Source of the DNA: Anthoceros angustus
Lineage: Eukaryota; Plantae; Anthocerotophyta
Assembly (NCBI GenBank): GCA_010909165.1
Contig: MU008242.1
Span: 1-25,209, forward strand
DNA length: 25,209 nucleotides
Direction of reading: 5' to 3'
The position numbers and the translations under genes are program-made. The notes beneath the pieces are model-generated. The model had not been told where the DNA came from and searched no databases. It saw only the letters and a program-made list of their open reading frames with translations. Below are positions 23,321 through 25,209 of this stretch, in pieces (the stretch's first letter is position 1; every line of letters begins with the position of its first letter).

Positions 23321-24429
23321 ATAGTGACGATCTTCCTCTACCTCCGTGGTTTTGTGCCGCTTATTCTTCCCGTGACATGACATTGTGGGTGAGGGTGACT
23401 TTAGGTAGGGAGCTCAGTTGCTCCTCTTCACCTCGACCCCTTGGTCCCCTTTGGTTGTCCCCTCCTAGATGGGCTTTTCCCATCGTTTTTTCACCTCAAT
23501 AAAATCTCCTTTTAATTCTATATCGCTCATTTCGATTGATTGGTAGATGGGAAAATTTTCATGCCTCTTCGTTCAGTGTGTAAAACAACTAATTTTCATA
23601 TTTCTTCGTTTCGTCTATAAAAGAACTGTATGACTGAAGTATGGAATACCAAAGCGGATAGAGGGGATGGGCACTTTTTTTTCGCAAGTTCTTGGAATAA
23701 TATGTTTGAATACCTAGGCATCTATAAGAATATATTGATGCATCTTGTACGTACGTCCTTACCAAGAGTGGCCATGTATTAAAGCGGTATGTGCAGACAC
23801 TCTCTTTCAAAAGTTCTCTTTGAAAATAAGAGTGTCTCTATGGAAACAAGAGTGTTTTCTATTGCATACCAAGCCTTACTGCAGACGGATGTAAGTTGTG
23901 TGCATGACATAGAAACGGCGAGGTTGGGTTCCAGTGCACAAATTGCCTTCCAATATGTATCACCTCCATCGAGCGATGACAGCCATGTGCTTGTATTGCA
24001 GGCGATGGGGGCTCCTATTGGAGGAGATGGTGTGGAATGGAGTGAAGAGTGCACAATGTGGACATGGCGGTCTGAACCTCTTCAAAACCCCTTCAGGTGA
24101 GTGCAGACGGGAGATAATAGTGTCAAGGGTGGTTGCTACTTCTTTTGTGGAGCTAGAAGGATCATGGAGCGTGTTAGCGAGGGCTTGCGAAGAGTTTTGA
24201 TGTGTTGGGTAAAGGCGGACATGTTGAACATGAATTAGAAACTTGTCATCGTGAAAGAGGTGACACAAGCGCAAGCTACATATGTGAGTCGAAAGACTAT
24301 TCAAGGCACAAGTTTTTGCAACGTGAAGACGCAAGCTTGATGTGAGAAGTGGGAAGCTAGAATGAACTCTGAATTAAAAGCAGTTTCCAACCTGAACTGA
24401 AAGGAATCTCTAGTGGAACTGAAAGCTGC

Positions 24430-24930
24430 CTTATGGGGCAAGCCAGAACCATGATGCAAAAGTTGAGGCCTCAAAGGCATATTAAAATTGTGGAAACCTA
24501 CATATGGAATATTCAGAGCCCTTTGGTAGTATCTTCTACGACGACCCAATGCTTAGTTTCCTTGGTGATGTATGGATTGTTCGTCCTCCCACAGTTGTGT
24601 CAACATCGTCGATCAGCGTGATTTGTGATGAAATCCAAGAACGGGACGAAAACATATGGGCGACCATCCAACTTGTGAGTTCACCTATCCGCATGAAATT
24701 TGGCCATCCACAACTTAAAGTCCTCAAGGCAAGCGCCCACCATGCAAGCTCGCGAATCATTAGGACCCAAGGCCGACCATCGAGTGAGTGTCTATGAAAT
24801 AGTGCGCCAACTTTAGGAAGGCACTCTCATAGTCCTAAGTCCAAGTCCAATCCAAATACTGCCACGGTCCTTGAGCTTGAAAAGGACTTCAAACTGTGAG
24901 GGTAGTTCTCAATATGGTAGATAAGGTTGT
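24430..24930 (-). pseudogene. Possible degenerate SET-domain (Rubisco LSMT/SETD3-like) methyltransferase remnant
   Basis: Minus-strand motifs in the expected order, across stops and frameshifts: 'PY*ELPSQF', 'LEDFKLWMA', 'VFVPFLDFITNHAD' (cf. LVP..D..NH), 'LPKGSE', 'QLLHHG'. Weak, recognised from memory only. Confidence 0.3.
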
Positions 24931-25209
24931 TGTAGTCTTGGTGCTATAATAGCGCATCCGACCTCCTCGTAGCACGGAGTAATAGGCTTTGGGTCATATG
25001 ACCAGAAGAGCCTGCAACATATATGTTAGGGATCACGGTGAGTGGAGTAGAACCCTCCTCCTGTGGCCCAGACATGCTATGGCTGCAGTTACGAGGCCTA
25101 CATAGTCCCGAGGAGAGGAGGTGTGAGTGTAACCTTGTGTCTAGGGACACCGTGAGGTCCACATTCACCCTCAATGTCGCTGTAGGCCTAGGATTCCCAA
25201 GGGAATGGT

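Noticed and set aside
23960-24549. Penelope-like RT or CRE 'GAPIG' motif
   Set aside because: Only isolated short matches, with no YxDD or GIY-YIG context.

Overview
This window is eukaryotic, plant-like genomic DNA. The CRE-type retroelements and the overall gene set suggest a non-seed land plant or streptophyte, but that is inference. Positions 1-18148 are a retrotransposon-rich block. A structurally complete Ty1/copia element (10336-16932, minus) has ~220-bp LTRs, an ATGAT target-site duplication, a tRNA-Met-type PBS, a PPT and non-canonical AG...CT termini. It is inserted into the RT of a second copia element, which in turn abuts or interrupts the gag of a Ty3/gypsy remnant. After a single N (18149) comes an intronless, alphaproteobacterial-type etfB fragment, joined without a gap to the 3' part of a plant UBC23/PHO2-family E2 gene. 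Next is a convergent three-exon eEF2 gene (19778-22521, minus) with a telo-box upstream, then a CRE-clade restriction-like-endonuclease retroelement remnant and a possible SET-domain remnant. Almost every long coding region carries small deletions, including eEF2 and the bacterial gene. This points to error-prone sequence, so pseudogene and HGT interpretations need read-level checks. I see no CRISPR, rRNA or tRNA genes, and no convincing new multi-gene system. The best leads are the unusual copia element (AG...CT ends, an extra upstream ORF, a palindrome cluster) and the bacterial-plant junction.
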